The notes under the pieces are model-generated. The model made no database searches and was not told where the DNA came from. It worked only from the letters and a program-made list of their open reading frames with translations. Below are positions 50,613 through 61,305 of a DNA stretch of 64,000 nucleotides, one piece after another. This DNA comes from Candidatus Latescibacterota bacterium (GTDB lineage: Bacteria; Latescibacterota; UBA2968; GCA-2709665). Positions within the stretch are counted from its first letter, which is position 1; each line of letters begins with the position of its first letter. The position numbers and the translations under genes were made by a program. The DNA is taken from NCBI GenBank assembly GCA_965222075.1, contig OZ244937.1, positions 1,728,001-1,792,000 of the forward strand. The letters run 5' to 3'.

Positions 50613-51794
50613 CTATGCCTCCGGTTCTATGACATCGATGTACTTCAGACCCGATCCCGTATTGAACAACACCACCCGCTCATCCGGAGACACCAGCCCC
50701 TGTTTCACAAGCCCCTTGAGCCCGGCCAGGTTGGCGGCCCCTTCCGGCGCCGGGAAAATACCCGTGGCCGAGGCCATCTCCCACACGCAGGCCATCAGTT
50801 CCTCATCGGACACCGCAACAGCGCACCCCCCGCTCTCCCGAATCGCCCGCAGCATCAGAAAATCCCCCACGGCCCGGGGCACCCGCAGCCCGGCTGCTGC
50901 CGTCTCTGCCCCCTCCCAGGGCTCGGCCGACGCCGCTCCGGCCTCAAATGCACGCACAATCGGCGCACACCCCGCCGCCTGGACCGAAACCATCTTGGGG
51001 CGCTTCGGCCCGATCCACCCCATCTGTTCCATCTCGTCAAACGCCTTCCACATCCCGATCAACCCGGTGCCGCCCCCCGTGGGGTAGATCACGACCTCCG
51101 GCAGATCCCAATCGAACTGCTCGGCCAACTCGTAGCCCATCGTCTTCTTCCCCTCCACCCGGTAAGGTTCCTTCAGCGTTGACACATCGAACCAGCCCTC
51201 CTGGTCCTTTCGGTCGGCCACAATCCGCCCGCAATCCGTAATCAACCCGTCCACCAGCGCAACGTGCGCCCCCAGGACCTCGCACTCCACCTGGTTGGCC
51301 CGGGGCACATCCCGGGGCATAAAAATGTGGGCCGGCATGCCTGCGCGGGCGGCATAGGCCGCCGTGGCCCCCCCCGCGTTTCCCGCCGACGGGATGGCCA
51401 CCGCCCGTGCGCCCAGCTCACACGCGCGGGAAACCGCAACCGACAGCCCCCGCGCCTTGAACGAGCCGGTCGGATTATTCCCTTCATCCTTCACATAGAG
51501 CTTCGGCACCCCCAGTTTCTGTCCCAGCGACGTGGCCTGCAGCAAGGGCGTGAATCCCTCTCCCAGACTTACCCGGTAGTCCTCCCGTTCAACCGGCAGC
51601 ACCTCGGCATAGCGCCACATCGTGGGCATCCGTTCTGCAAGGCGCTCCCGCTTCAAATCCTCCATGGCCCCTTCCAGATCGTAGCGAGCAAACAGGGGCG
51701 CCTCACAGCACGGACTCAAATTCCAGAGCCGATCCTTCGGATAGGCCCGACTACACCGGGTACAGGTCAAATCCGTAAGAAACCCCATCTCCAC
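50613..51794 (-). CDS. thrC: Threonine synthase (PLP fold II)
   Basis: [49 protein letters not shown]. Confidence 0.88.
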   Translation of the reverse strand: MEMGFLTDLTCTRCSRAYPKDRLWNLSPCCEAPLFARYDLEGAMEDLKRERLAERMPTMWRYAEVLPVEREDYRVSLGEGFTPLLQATSLGQKLGVPKLYVKDEGNNPTGSFKARGLSVAVSRACELGARAVAIPSAGNAGGATAAYAARAGMPAHIFMPRDVPRANQVECEVLGAHVALVDGLITDCGRIVADRKDQEGWFDVSTLKEPYRVEGKKTMGYELAEQFDWDLPEVVIYPTGGGTGLIGMWKAFDEMEQMGWIGPKRPKMVSVQAAGCAPIVRAFEAGAASAEPWEGAETAAAGLRVPRAVGDFLMLRAIRESGGCAVAVSDEELMACVWEMASATGIFPAPEGAANLAGLKGLVKQGLVSPDERVVLFNTGSGLKYIDVIEPEA

Positions 51795-52037
51795 CTCCTC
51801 CGGAACGGCGATCGGTTTTCATCGTGTACGACTGCTCTAATTATGCATCAGACCACATCATAAGTCAAGACAGAACAGGGTATGTTACGCCCGTCCCTGT
51901 TGCGTCGCTCGCCGGACGCAGGGCATCTTTTATCGTCCATGCCATGCGCTAACACTTGACAAAAACCCCACCCATGTCATATTTTTACTTATAGAGGATT
52001 TGACACACGATCCCAGGACGAGATCGGGCCGAAGCTC

Positions 52038-52355
52038 TTGAGTCAAATAACGGCCCCGGAGGTGGTACCTCTGGGGCCGTTACCAAAGGAGCCCCCGGCA
52101 GAGGAGGGGCTGCTGGATCACATCGGGATCGGTGTGCGCGCTCACGCAATGTGGACCTGGTGCCAGGACCGCGGAGTCAACATTCGGCACCTGGCCATGC
52201 AGTTCTGTCTGGCGGCTCCGATCAACGGCATCGTCATGCCGGGACCTGCGAACAAACAGCAGGTCGAAGAGGCCTATGAGGCCGCTACCGTTGACGTCCC
52301 CTCGGATGTCTGGGCGGATTTCAAGGCGGCGTTCGGAGTCGGCCTCGAGGTCTGA
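52038..52355 (+). pseudogene. C-terminal remnant of an aldo/keto reductase
   Basis: WCQDRGVNIRHLAMQFCL...VMPGPANKQQVEE resembles an AKR C-terminus; N-terminus absent. Confidence 0.55.
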
Positions 52356-52356
52356 C

Positions 52357-53736
52357 TTACCCTCCTCCGATATGATCGGTCGCCTCCAGACGCGCTCCCT
52401 CCGCATTCACCAGCCCATAATAGCGCATCTTGCGCCGCAGTGTCGGCCGCGTAATGCCCAGGAGCTGACACGCCCGACCCCGGTTCCAGCCCGTGATATG
52501 CAGCACCCGCGCAATATGGTCTCGCTCCATCTCCGCCAGCGTGGGGACCTGCTCCAATCCCTCCGGCTCCGCTTCGGATCTCAACCCGCACAGGTGGACG
52601 GGCAGAATGGTCTCTCCCCGGCAGAGCATCGCGGCCCGGGTGATCACATTCTGAAGCTCCCTCACATTCCCGGGCCAGTGATAGGACATCAGCCGCTCTA
52701 AAGCATCTTCGGATACCCCCCAAACCTTCCGGTGTAACCTCTGATTAATCCCCACCAGCGTCCTGCGAACCAGGGGCGGGATATCCGATCGTCGCTCCCG
52801 TAGCGGCGGCAGGTGAATGGCGATCTCACAGAGCCGATAAAACAGATCGCCTCGAAAGCGTCCCGATGCCACCAGATCGTCCAGATCGCTATTGGTGGCA
52901 GCCACCACCCGCACATCCGGATGGATCAGTTCCTGTCCGCCGACCCGATAGAACTCCCCCCGGTCCAGCACCCGCAAAAGCTTGGCCTGGAATGCCGGCG
53001 GGGCGTCGCCGATCTCATCTAAGAAAAGCGTTCCCCCATCCGCCTGCTCAAAACACCCCGGACGCCGTTCTACGGCCCCGGTGAAGGCGCCCCGCTCGTG
53101 CCCAAAAAGCTCACTCTCCGTCAACGTCTCCACCACGGCCGCGCAATTGACGGCTACAAACGGGCCCGGCCGCACCGATGCCTGGTGGATCGCCCGTGCA
53201 AAAAGCTCCTTTCCCGTGCCGCTCTCTCCCTTCAACAGAACCGTTGCGTCGGTGTCCGCAACCGCCCCCGCCGTCTTGAGGGCCTGGATCATCGCCCCAC
53301 AGCGCCCCACCACCATCTCATCCTGCGCGCCCGCAAGGGGCGTGTCTCTATCTGTCCTGCAGCGGAGCGAAGGACGGCCCTCCCCCTGCAGACGGCCAAG
53401 CAGGTCATCCAGCGCCGGGTCGTCAACCGGCTTGGGAAGACAATCGTAGGCCCCTCGGGAGATCGCAGAAAAAACCAATTCGGGCGAGAATGTCTCGCTC
53501 ACCACGACCACCGGGGTATACCCCTCCTGCCCCTGTGCGGCCTCCAGCAGAGGAAACCCATCTCCATCGGGAAGCACAGCCTCGGTAAGCACCAGCTTTG
53601 GGGCCCGCTTTTGAACCATCCGAAGCCCTTCCAATGCCGTCCCCGCCTGAGACACCAGAAACCCGCGCCGGGTCAAACGCTCTGCCATATCCCGACAGAA
53701 CCCCTCGTCGCCATCCACCAGGAGAACCTGATCCAT
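52357..53736 (-). CDS. Sigma54-dependent response regulator (NtrC-like REC-AAA-Fis)
   Basis: REC domain, GESGTGKE, GAFTGA, WPGNVREL, Fis HTH; likely start MDQVLLVD after GGGGAGG. Confidence 0.93.
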   Translation of the reverse strand: MDQVLLVDGDEGFCRDMAERLTRRGFLVSQAGTALEGLRMVQKRAPKLVLTEAVLPDGDGFPLLEAAQGQEGYTPVVVVSETFSPELVFSAISRGAYDCLPKPVDDPALDDLLGRLQGEGRPSLRCRTDRDTPLAGAQDEMVVGRCGAMIQALKTAGAVADTDATVLLKGESGTGKELFARAIHQASVRPGPFVAVNCAAVVETLTESELFGHERGAFTGAVERRPGCFEQADGGTLFLDEIGDAPPAFQAKLLRVLDRGEFYRVGGQELIHPDVRVVAATNSDLDDLVASGRFRGDLFYRLCEIAIHLPPLRERRSDIPPLVRRTLVGINQRLHRKVWGVSEDALERLMSYHWPGNVRELQNVITRAAMLCRGETILPVHLCGLRSEAEPEGLEQVPTLAEMERDHIARVLHITGWNRGRACQLLGITRPTLRRKMRYYGLVNAEGARLEATDHIGGG

Positions 53737-53794
53737 AACCACCTCCCCATAAAAAGGTCCGCAAAGCGTTGCCTCAATACGAGAGAACCTGCAC

Positions 53795-53811
53795 AGCAGA
53801 CCCTGTGCCAA
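53795..53811 (-). promoter_or_regulatory. Sigma54-like promoter upstream of the NtrC-like gene
   Basis: Minus strand TTGGCACAGGGTCTGCT. Confidence 0.6.
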
Positions 53812-53958
53812 CCGGCAGAAGGAGGAGGTATCTACGTAGACAAGCCTACATATTTCAATAAATTAATCAAAATTGGCCTTAGCTTCTCCACCCGTCCAAT
53901 TGCCCTGTCTTTAAGGACAGATTCCACACCGGCTGTCGCAGCACACATGGCAATTGCT

Positions 53959-53995
53959 AAAAAAACCGGCGCTCCCCAAAGGGTGCGCCGGTTTC
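53959..53995 (-). terminator. Intrinsic terminator after the FN3 gene
   Basis: AAACCGGCGC/GCGCCGGTTT stem with poly-T on the minus strand. Confidence 0.7.
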
Positions 53996-54014
53996 AAGCC
54001 CGTTTGTCCGTCGG

Positions 54015-56588
54015 CTACTCTTCTATTGCAGGCAGCGAGACCCCCACAGCTGTTGAGGCCTCACTGAGCACACCCTTCAGATTGGTCAGCACCCGATAGA
54101 GGTAGGATTTACCGGGTTCTACGCCCGAATCTTCAAAGGTGGTCTCCGTCTGTGCCAGCGAGACCGTCTTGAAGTCGCTCCCCGATGAGGTGCCCACGGT
54201 CTGGCGCTCCACCCGGAAATTCGTGAATTCCGCCGGTGCCGTCCAGGTCACCCGGACCAGCGTATCGGCGCCTGCGATCACCAAATTTGCCCGGACATTG
54301 GTCGGAGGCATAGCCGAACTGGTCGTCAGCGTAATCGAATTGGACAATACGCTCTCGTTTCCATGGCCGTCCAGGGCACTGATCCGGTAGGCGTAGGTCG
54401 TTGCCATCTCCAGACCCCGGTCACGATAAATGCGCAGCGTCGAATCCACCTGCGTGAACAGATAGAAGCCCGCGCCTCCGGTCCCCACGGCCCGGTAGAG
54501 CCGGAACCTGGAGAGTCCGGTCAGCTCGCTCCCCCCCGTGTCGGTTTTGGGTGCGGCCCAGGTCAGTTCGATCGCATCGCTGCTCACCAAACGCCCCGAA
54601 AACACTCCCGGCGTCGCCGGCGCCCGGTTGTCTGCGGGCACCTCCTCCGAGACAAACTGCGACAACTCGCCCTCCAGCAGGCCGCCAGCACCAACGGCTT
54701 GCACCCGGTAGACATACGTCTGGCCCGCAACCAGCGGAGAATCTACGTAGGCCGTCCGAACCGTGTTGAACGTCGCCTCGGGCGCCGTCTGGGACGGGTC
54801 GGTGTAGCGCAGCACCCGGTAACCCGTTAGCTCCAACTCCGTATTGGCTGCCCAGCTGATCGTAATCTGGTTGACATCTCCCGTGGCCGTAACATTCCCG
54901 GGCGCGGCCATTCTCCGGGTCGTGCCCGTTACAAACGCAGACGTATCGCTCTGAACACCGTTTCTGCCCACCGCGATCAGGCGGTAGAAGAATACCTGAT
55001 CCGCCACCAGCGAGGAATCCACGTAAGCGGTCTGTGCTGTGGTAAACGCCTCGCTCTCCTCTCCCTGAAGAAAAGTGAAAGGACCGCCGGACCGATCCGA
55101 CCGGAGCACCTTATAACCGATCAAGTCCGACTCGGTGTTGGCCGACCAGACCAATACCAACCATCCGATCCCGGGGGTGGCGTGCAGACCCTTTGGAACC
55201 GCCAGCCCTCCGGTTGTGATCGGCACAGTGGTCGATCGAGCACTGACGTTATCGTTGTCATCAACCGCGCTGACGGTATAGAAATACTGGGTGAGCAGCT
55301 CCGTATTCCGGTCCTCATAGCTGGTCTGATCCCCAGGGACTTCTGCCAGCAGCGCAAAAGACGTATTATTTCCTTCCGAACGGAAAATCCGGTAGGTCTC
55401 CAAACCGGTCAAATCCCCACCGTTGCTGTCCTTAAGTGGGGCCGACCAGTTGAGTTGCACCGTTCTGACATCGGTCCCACCCAGGCTGACAATCAGGTCC
55501 GAAGGCGCCGCCGGGGGGATCTGGTCGATGGTGGCTTTCCCATCTACAAAAGGTGATTCCGTACTTCGAACAACGCCCCGGGAGGGGTCCTGAATCACGG
55601 CCTGCACCCGGTAAAAGTAGACCCTGTCCGGCTCCACATCGGTATCGATATATTCCGTTTGTGCGGTCGTAAAGAGAGTATCCGCCGTTACCGACTGGAA
55701 CACCTCCTGTGTGGAGGCAGACCGGAGCACCAGGTAGCCGATCAGGTTGGGATCGGTTACAGCAGTCCACGTGACCACAATCTGTCCAATGGTTCCTATA
55801 ACCCTCAACCCGCCCGGCACATCCACCCCCGAATCGGTGGTGGTAACAGAAGCCGAGGCCGAACGCCCACTTTCATTCTCTGCGCCGTCCAGGGCGCTCA
55901 CGCTGTAGAAGTACCGCGTGTCCACCTCCAGATCGGAGGTGTCCTTATATGTGGCCTGCCCGGCGGGCGCCGTGCCGATCTGAACAAAGGCATCCTGGGT
56001 ATCTTTTGCTCTGAAGATCCGGTAGGCATCCAGACCGGTCAGTTCCTGGTTGTTCACATCGGTCTGAGGCGCCGTCCATGTCAGGGTCACATGCCCGGTC
56101 TCTACATCGGTTACCACAGAGAGAGCGGCCGGCGGACCAGGTGGACGGTTATCCTCTAAGGCCTCGGCACTCACAAGGACCGACAGCTCGCTGGAGCGCT
56201 TCTGGTTATCGACCGTATTGACCTTATAGAAATAAATTTTCGCAACCTTCAGATCCAGCGTGGTATCCACAAATGTGATGCGCGCCGTGGTAATCAGAGA
56301 ATCGGCCACTTCCCCCGACAAACGCACATAAGTGCCCGTGGCCGATGTGGACCGCCACACGCCGTAACCGGCCAGACTGGTACTGGTAACAGGGTTCCAG
56401 GTGAGAATGATCCGTCCGATATCTCCGGCCGCCCTCAGGTTACCGGGGGTGCTCAACCCCTCGTTCCCCGGGAAATTTGGATCAATGGGATTGACGCGTT
56501 CTCGACCACACCCCCATACCCCCAGAAGGGCAACAGCCAGCACTCCCCAAAACCCGATGTGCAATCGAGCCGATCTCCTGCACCTCAT
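54015..56588 (-). CDS. Lipoprotein with tandem fibronectin type III repeats
   Basis: Lipobox VWGC, repeated L.W...GY.V.R...Y.D....Y.Y.V.A units. Confidence 0.85.
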   Translation of the reverse strand: MRCRRSARLHIGFWGVLAVALLGVWGCGRERVNPIDPNFPGNEGLSTPGNLRAAGDIGRIILTWNPVTSTSLAGYGVWRSTSATGTYVRLSGEVADSLITTARITFVDTTLDLKVAKIYFYKVNTVDNQKRSSELSVLVSAEALEDNRPPGPPAALSVVTDVETGHVTLTWTAPQTDVNNQELTGLDAYRIFRAKDTQDAFVQIGTAPAGQATYKDTSDLEVDTRYFYSVSALDGAENESGRSASASVTTTDSGVDVPGGLRVIGTIGQIVVTWTAVTDPNLIGYLVLRSASTQEVFQSVTADTLFTTAQTEYIDTDVEPDRVYFYRVQAVIQDPSRGVVRSTESPFVDGKATIDQIPPAAPSDLIVSLGGTDVRTVQLNWSAPLKDSNGGDLTGLETYRIFRSEGNNTSFALLAEVPGDQTSYEDRNTELLTQYFYTVSAVDDNDNVSARSTTVPITTGGLAVPKGLHATPGIGWLVLVWSANTESDLIGYKVLRSDRSGGPFTFLQGEESEAFTTAQTAYVDSSLVADQVFFYRLIAVGRNGVQSDTSAFVTGTTRRMAAPGNVTATGDVNQITISWAANTELELTGYRVLRYTDPSQTAPEATFNTVRTAYVDSPLVAGQTYVYRVQAVGAGGLLEGELSQFVSEEVPADNRAPATPGVFSGRLVSSDAIELTWAAPKTDTGGSELTGLSRFRLYRAVGTGGAGFYLFTQVDSTLRIYRDRGLEMATTYAYRISALDGHGNESVLSNSITLTTSSAMPPTNVRANLVIAGADTLVRVTWTAPAEFTNFRVERQTVGTSSGSDFKTVSLAQTETTFEDSGVEPGKSYLYRVLTNLKGVLSEASTAVGVSLPAIEE

Positions 56589-56667
56589 AACGCTCTCCTT
56601 CGTCCATACGAGTAGGGGAAGGCATGCCTTGCCCCTTGAATACCCGTTCATCTGTAGTTGCTTCTGC

Positions 56668-57111
56668 CTAAAAACGCCTCTTAATTTCAACCCGCACGGC
56701 CTGAGACCGGGCGTCCCCTTTCAAATCCAGCGTCAGCCTGCGATCCACTTTGGGGATATTGTCATCCACACTGCTGGACAACAGCAGCCGCAGGCCGCTT
56801 ACCAGCATCACCACCGACAGGCCGATGCTCATCTGGCTCTTCGTATCCTGATCGCTGGAGCGCTCAAACAATCGATCTGCCTCCTGCGCCGTCTGAGCCT
56901 GTCTGTATGCATCGTAGATTCGGTTGGCATCCCGTCGGAAATCGATGGCCTTCTTGGCCATAAACGTGCTCCCCCCCAGGAAGAGAACACCGAACGTCCG
57001 ACGCGGCGTAAAAAAAGACTTGGCCTCTGCAGAAGAAGCCACCCCTCCGGTAAACAGCGCCAACACCGGGAGGCAACAGAGAAATTGAACGGTTCGCCTG
57101 CCCATAAGCAC
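56668..57111 (-). CDS. Hypothetical membrane protein
   Basis: 147 aa, signal peptide plus TM segments, AAGGAGG RBS. Confidence 0.65.
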   Translation of the reverse strand: MLMGRRTVQFLCCLPVLALFTGGVASSAEAKSFFTPRRTFGVLFLGGSTFMAKKAIDFRRDANRIYDAYRQAQTAQEADRLFERSSDQDTKSQMSIGLSVVMLVSGLRLLLSSSVDDNIPKVDRRLTLDLKGDARSQAVRVEIKRRF

Positions 57112-57204
57112 CCTCCTTGCCTGGTAGATCTGTCGGTAAGATTAGACGGTATAGGGCCTGGAAAGGTTTCATCGGAAACTACAAAACGGCCTCTGCCGGT
57201 CAGA

Positions 57205-57978
57205 TCAATCGTAGATTCGGATATCCGCCGGTTTCTCCCAGGAGCGGAGCGTGCGGGCAACGCGGGTGCCGGACAGCTTATCGTGAAGAGCCTGCTTCTG
57301 GCGGTCCCGGATCATCCACAGGCCGCTCACGCCCACCGTAAGCCCAAAAAGGACGTACTGCCCCAAAAACCTGACCAGCGCCTGTTTGGCAGATGGCGGC
57401 CCCCCACCGACCGATTCGAGTCTGACGCCCGCCTCCCGCATCCCCGGTGTCATCCCCGACCGGAGCCAGGCCGTCAGCGTCAAAACCGCCTTAAAGGCCA
57501 GGATGCCCAGCAAAACCTTCCATTTCAAGAGGGCCAGCCCGCCCAGGTAAAAGAGCAACGCGCCAACCTCCCTGGCGCTCAGCACATCCATAAATTGTTC
57601 AAGAACCGGTGTCTCGCTGGCCGGGGGGGCAACCCGGGCGGCCTCTTCGGCCCCAAAGCCCTGGATCAGGCCCACGGCCGCCTCCACGACCAGGAAGAGC
57701 AACCCCAGGATCAGCGCAAAGATAAACAGGTCCACCAGGCCCGCCCAGAGGCGCCGGAAGAACCCCGCCCCCCCCATCGCCTCATCCCCCGGCATCTTTC
57801 CTTTTGCGTCGAGCGTCCGCAGGCGGTCCTCAAGCTCCTGGTGCACCATCTCAAACCGCTGGGGGTAGACAATGCGGTCCAGGTGTGCATAAATATCTTC
57901 CAGCTCCGACAGGGTGTTGTTCCGAATCTGCTCGCGATAGGCCTCATCCGCCGCCTGCTGCCACTCGGCCTGATTCAT
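57205..57978 (-). CDS. RDD family protein
   Basis: AGFFRRLWAGLVD, GMTPGM, QALHDKLSGTRV. Confidence 0.85.
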   Translation of the reverse strand: MNQAEWQQAADEAYREQIRNNTLSELEDIYAHLDRIVYPQRFEMVHQELEDRLRTLDAKGKMPGDEAMGGAGFFRRLWAGLVDLFIFALILGLLFLVVEAAVGLIQGFGAEEAARVAPPASETPVLEQFMDVLSAREVGALLFYLGGLALLKWKVLLGILAFKAVLTLTAWLRSGMTPGMREAGVRLESVGGGPPSAKQALVRFLGQYVLFGLTVGVSGLWMIRDRQKQALHDKLSGTRVARTLRSWEKPADIRIYD

Positions 57979-57981
57979 CCG

Positions 57982-60900
57982 CTACTCCTTCCGGTCGACC
58001 AGCGAATAGATCGTCGGGATGAGCACCAGGGTCACTAAGGTCGAAAAGACGAGCCCGCCGATGACGGTAATGGCCATCGGCGCCCGAATTTCCGCGCCCT
58101 GTCCCACCGGAAACATGATATTTAGCCCTCCCATCACAAAGGCCATCATGCCGGAAGGCAGGAGGCTGCTCAGGGCCGAATCCAGGGCCCCTGCCAGGGG
58201 TCGGAAATCGAAAATACCCAGCGCCATCGGCAGCAGCCCCAGCACCGTGGTGGAAGTGGTCATCAGAATCGGCCGGAGCCGCACCTCTCCGGCCCGTACA
58301 ATCGCATCGAATTTGGCCATACCCTGTTCGCGCCTGAGCGTATTGATATAATCGATCAGCACAATGGCATTGTTCACCACAATCCCCGCCAGCATAATCA
58401 AACCGATCAGCACCACCACGCTTACCGTCTGTCCGGTCAACAACAACACCAGGATCACACCCACCAGCGCGAAGGGAATGGAGAACATAATCACAAAGGG
58501 GTGGACCAGCGATTCAAACTGAGAACCCATCACCAGATAGACTAAGAAAATGGCCAGCCCGATGGCCAGTTGCATGCTCTCAAACGACCGCTTGCGTTCC
58601 TCGTTTTGACCGCCGACCTTGATGCTGAAATCCGGCGGATACTGCATCTGGCGGATCTCCCCCTCAATATCCGTTACCACGTCGCTCAGGCTGCGGCCTT
58701 CTAAGTTGGCCGAAACCAGCGCAACCCGTTCCTGCCTCAGCCGGCGGATCTCCGCTGGCCCCATCTCCACAGAGAGATCGGCAACCACCGCAAGCGGAAT
58801 GGCCGCCGACGCGTTTGGCGGGCTTACAACCAGGCGCTTCAGGTCCTCCACCGTGCTGCGGTGCTCCTCGCTCGCCCGCACCCGGATATCCACCTTGCGG
58901 TCCCCCTGGGTAAATTCGGTGGCCACCTCCCCCTGCACCTGATTTCGGATAATCTCCCCGATGGCGCTGATGGTGGTACCCATCTGAGAAACCCATTTCC
59001 GGTTGAAGCGGATCTGCACCTCCGGATTCCCCCCCTCCGCGCTCGTCTTCACATCCGTAAGCCCCTCGATATGGGACATCCGCTCCACCATCTCGTTTGC
59101 CAGCAGCCGCAGGGTGCCCAGGTTGTATCCGGAGATCTCCACCTCCACCGGTGTCTTGGAGGTAAAAAACGACGGTCGGGCAAACTTGTACTCCACAGAG
59201 GGAATATTTCGAAGTGCGCTGCGCAGGCGGTCCATCACCGCCTCTTCCCGATCGCGGATAATGCCCTCCGCCAGCGCCACCTGAATCTGCCCCACGTTCT
59301 CGCGCTCTTCCCCCACCGAACCGCCGGATGCCCCGCTTGATCCGATAATGCTGTAGACCAGCGCCACCTCCGGCTGTTCCCGAACCACCTGCTCCATGGC
59401 CCGAACCGTCTGTTCCGTAGCGGCCAGCGGGGTGCCCACCGGCATCTCCACGTTAATCACGAACTCGCCCTGACTCATCTCGGGAATGAGTTCGCTTCCC
59501 AAGAACTGCCCCAAAAACAGTGTCCCGCACAGAACCCCCAGCGCCGCCAGAATCACCAGCCCCCGGTGGCGCAATGCGAAGCGGATTACCTGTGGATAGA
59601 CCGCATACGCCCTGCCGGTAATTTGATCGAAGACCCAGAACAGGGGTGACAGGAGGCACAGAATACCCCTGCCAATCTTCTGCACCCACCCCCAGAACAG
59701 CCCCAGGAATTTCGCCGGCCCCTGCGCAGACCCCCGTCCCAGCGCCAGGCGGCGGCGTTCCACCTGAGCCACCTCCCCCATCCACTCAAATTCCAAAGAG
59801 GCCAGCATCGGAATCAGCGTGAGCGCCACAAACAGCGAGGCGACTAAGGAATAGGTCACCGTCAGCGCCTGATCCCTGAAAAGCTGTCCCGCAATCCCCT
59901 CCACAAACACAATGGGCACAAACACGCAGATGGTTGTGATCGTAGAGGCCACCACCGCCTTGCCCACCTCACTGGCACCCCTGTTGGCGGCCTCCCGCGC
60001 AGGCACCCCCTCGTCCCGGTAGCGCTGAACGCTCTCTAACACCACAATCGAGTTGTCCACCAGCATCCCAATGCCCAGGGCCAGCCCGCCCAGAGACATA
60101 ATGTTCAGGCTGACATCCGAGACGAACATGAAGAAAAACGTGGCCACCACCGAGATCGGGATAGAAAGGCTGATAATGCCGGTGCTCTTGGGGCTGCCCA
60201 GGAAGAGATAGAGAACGATCACTGCTAAGATTCCGCCCATAATCGCCGTATTGCGCACCTCAGTGACCGATTCCCGGATGAAGGTGGACTGGTCGAACAC
60301 GACCTCCATTCGGAAGTCTCCCACCAGCTCCCCCGCCTCTTTTGCAAATGCCTCAAGCTTTTCCTTGACCTGCACGGCGACCGTAACCGTGTTCGCGTCC
60401 CCCTCCTTATAAACCGCCAACTCCACGCTCTCTTGACCGTTGATCCGGGTAATCACCTTGCGCTCTTTGTGCCCCCGCCGCACCGTGCCCACATCAGCTA
60501 AGGTAATCACGGCGTCCCCCCGCTCTCCCACCACAATATCCTGGATCTCGTCCACGGCCTGAAACTCGTTCAGCGTGCGCACCAGGTACTCTGCTTCGCC
60601 GTCCTTAAGCTGACCGCCGGTCAGGTTGACATTTTCCTGGGAAAGGCGGTTCACGATCTGAGAAAGGGAAAGCCGCAACGCCGCCAGCCTCGGCTCGTCG
60701 ATCTCAACGTGGATCTCCTCCTCCAGCCCCCCATTGACCCGCACGGCCGCAACCCCCTCCAGGCTTTCCAGTTCCGGCCTGATCTGTTCTTCCCCCAGGA
60801 GGCGCATGGCAATCAGGCTCTCCCGGCCGTACAGACCGATGCGCACAATCGGGTCCAGCGAAGGGTCGAACCGCAGCAGCACCGGCTTTTCCACGCCCTG

Positions 60901-61260
60901 GGGCAGCTGCAGCCGGTCCAGTCTTTCCCGGATATCCAAAGACGCAAAATCCATATCGGTGCCCCAGCGAAACTCCACCACCACCTCAGACACCCCGGGC
61001 CGGGAGGTCGAACTCACCCGGATCACATTGGTCACAACCCCAACCGCCCCCTCGATGGGCTCCGTAATCAGACGCTCCATCTCCGAGGGCGCCGTACCCT
61101 CGTAGTCTGTACGAACGGTCAACGTCGGGTATGTAATATCGGGCAGCAGGTTCATGGCGATGAACTGATACCATAACGGCACCAGACCAAAAATCACGGC
61201 CGCCGCCATCAGCATCGTCACCGTCACCCGGCGCCGCGTTGAAAATTCAATCAGTTTCAT
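57982..61260 (-). CDS. RND efflux permease (AcrB/AcrD/AcrF family)
   Basis: 1092 aa, GMLVDNSIVVLE, GIVVNNAIVLID, RLRPILMT. Confidence 0.95.
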   Translation of the reverse strand: MKLIEFSTRRRVTVTMLMAAAVIFGLVPLWYQFIAMNLLPDITYPTLTVRTDYEGTAPSEMERLITEPIEGAVGVVTNVIRVSSTSRPGVSEVVVEFRWGTDMDFASLDIRERLDRLQLPQGVEKPVLLRFDPSLDPIVRIGLYGRESLIAMRLLGEEQIRPELESLEGVAAVRVNGGLEEEIHVEIDEPRLAALRLSLSQIVNRLSQENVNLTGGQLKDGEAEYLVRTLNEFQAVDEIQDIVVGERGDAVITLADVGTVRRGHKERKVITRINGQESVELAVYKEGDANTVTVAVQVKEKLEAFAKEAGELVGDFRMEVVFDQSTFIRESVTEVRNTAIMGGILAVIVLYLFLGSPKSTGIISLSIPISVVATFFFMFVSDVSLNIMSLGGLALGIGMLVDNSIVVLESVQRYRDEGVPAREAANRGASEVGKAVVASTITTICVFVPIVFVEGIAGQLFRDQALTVTYSLVASLFVALTLIPMLASLEFEWMGEVAQVERRRLALGRGSAQGPAKFLGLFWGWVQKIGRGILCLLSPLFWVFDQITGRAYAVYPQVIRFALRHRGLVILAALGVLCGTLFLGQFLGSELIPEMSQGEFVINVEMPVGTPLAATEQTVRAMEQVVREQPEVALVYSIIGSSGASGGSVGEERENVGQIQVALAEGIIRDREEAVMDRLRSALRNIPSVEYKFARPSFFTSKTPVEVEISGYNLGTLRLLANEMVERMSHIEGLTDVKTSAEGGNPEVQIRFNRKWVSQMGTTISAIGEIIRNQVQGEVATEFTQGDRKVDIRVRASEEHRSTVEDLKRLVVSPPNASAAIPLAVVADLSVEMGPAEIRRLRQERVALVSANLEGRSLSDVVTDIEGEIRQMQYPPDFSIKVGGQNEERKRSFESMQLAIGLAIFLVYLVMGSQFESLVHPFVIMFSIPFALVGVILVLLLTGQTVSVVVLIGLIMLAGIVVNNAIVLIDYINTLRREQGMAKFDAIVRAGEVRLRPILMTTSTTVLGLLPMALGIFDFRPLAGALDSALSSLLPSGMMAFVMGGLNIMFPVGQGAEIRAPMAITVIGGLVFSTLVTLVLIPTIYSLVDRKE

Positions 61261-61305
61261 AGAACTGGAAAACCCCTCCCCCCTCGCAAGAAATAGGGAG
61301 TCAAG

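Noticed and set aside
56401-58038. 545-aa plus-strand ORF
   Set aside because: Antisense to three genuine minus-strand genes; no recognisable motifs.
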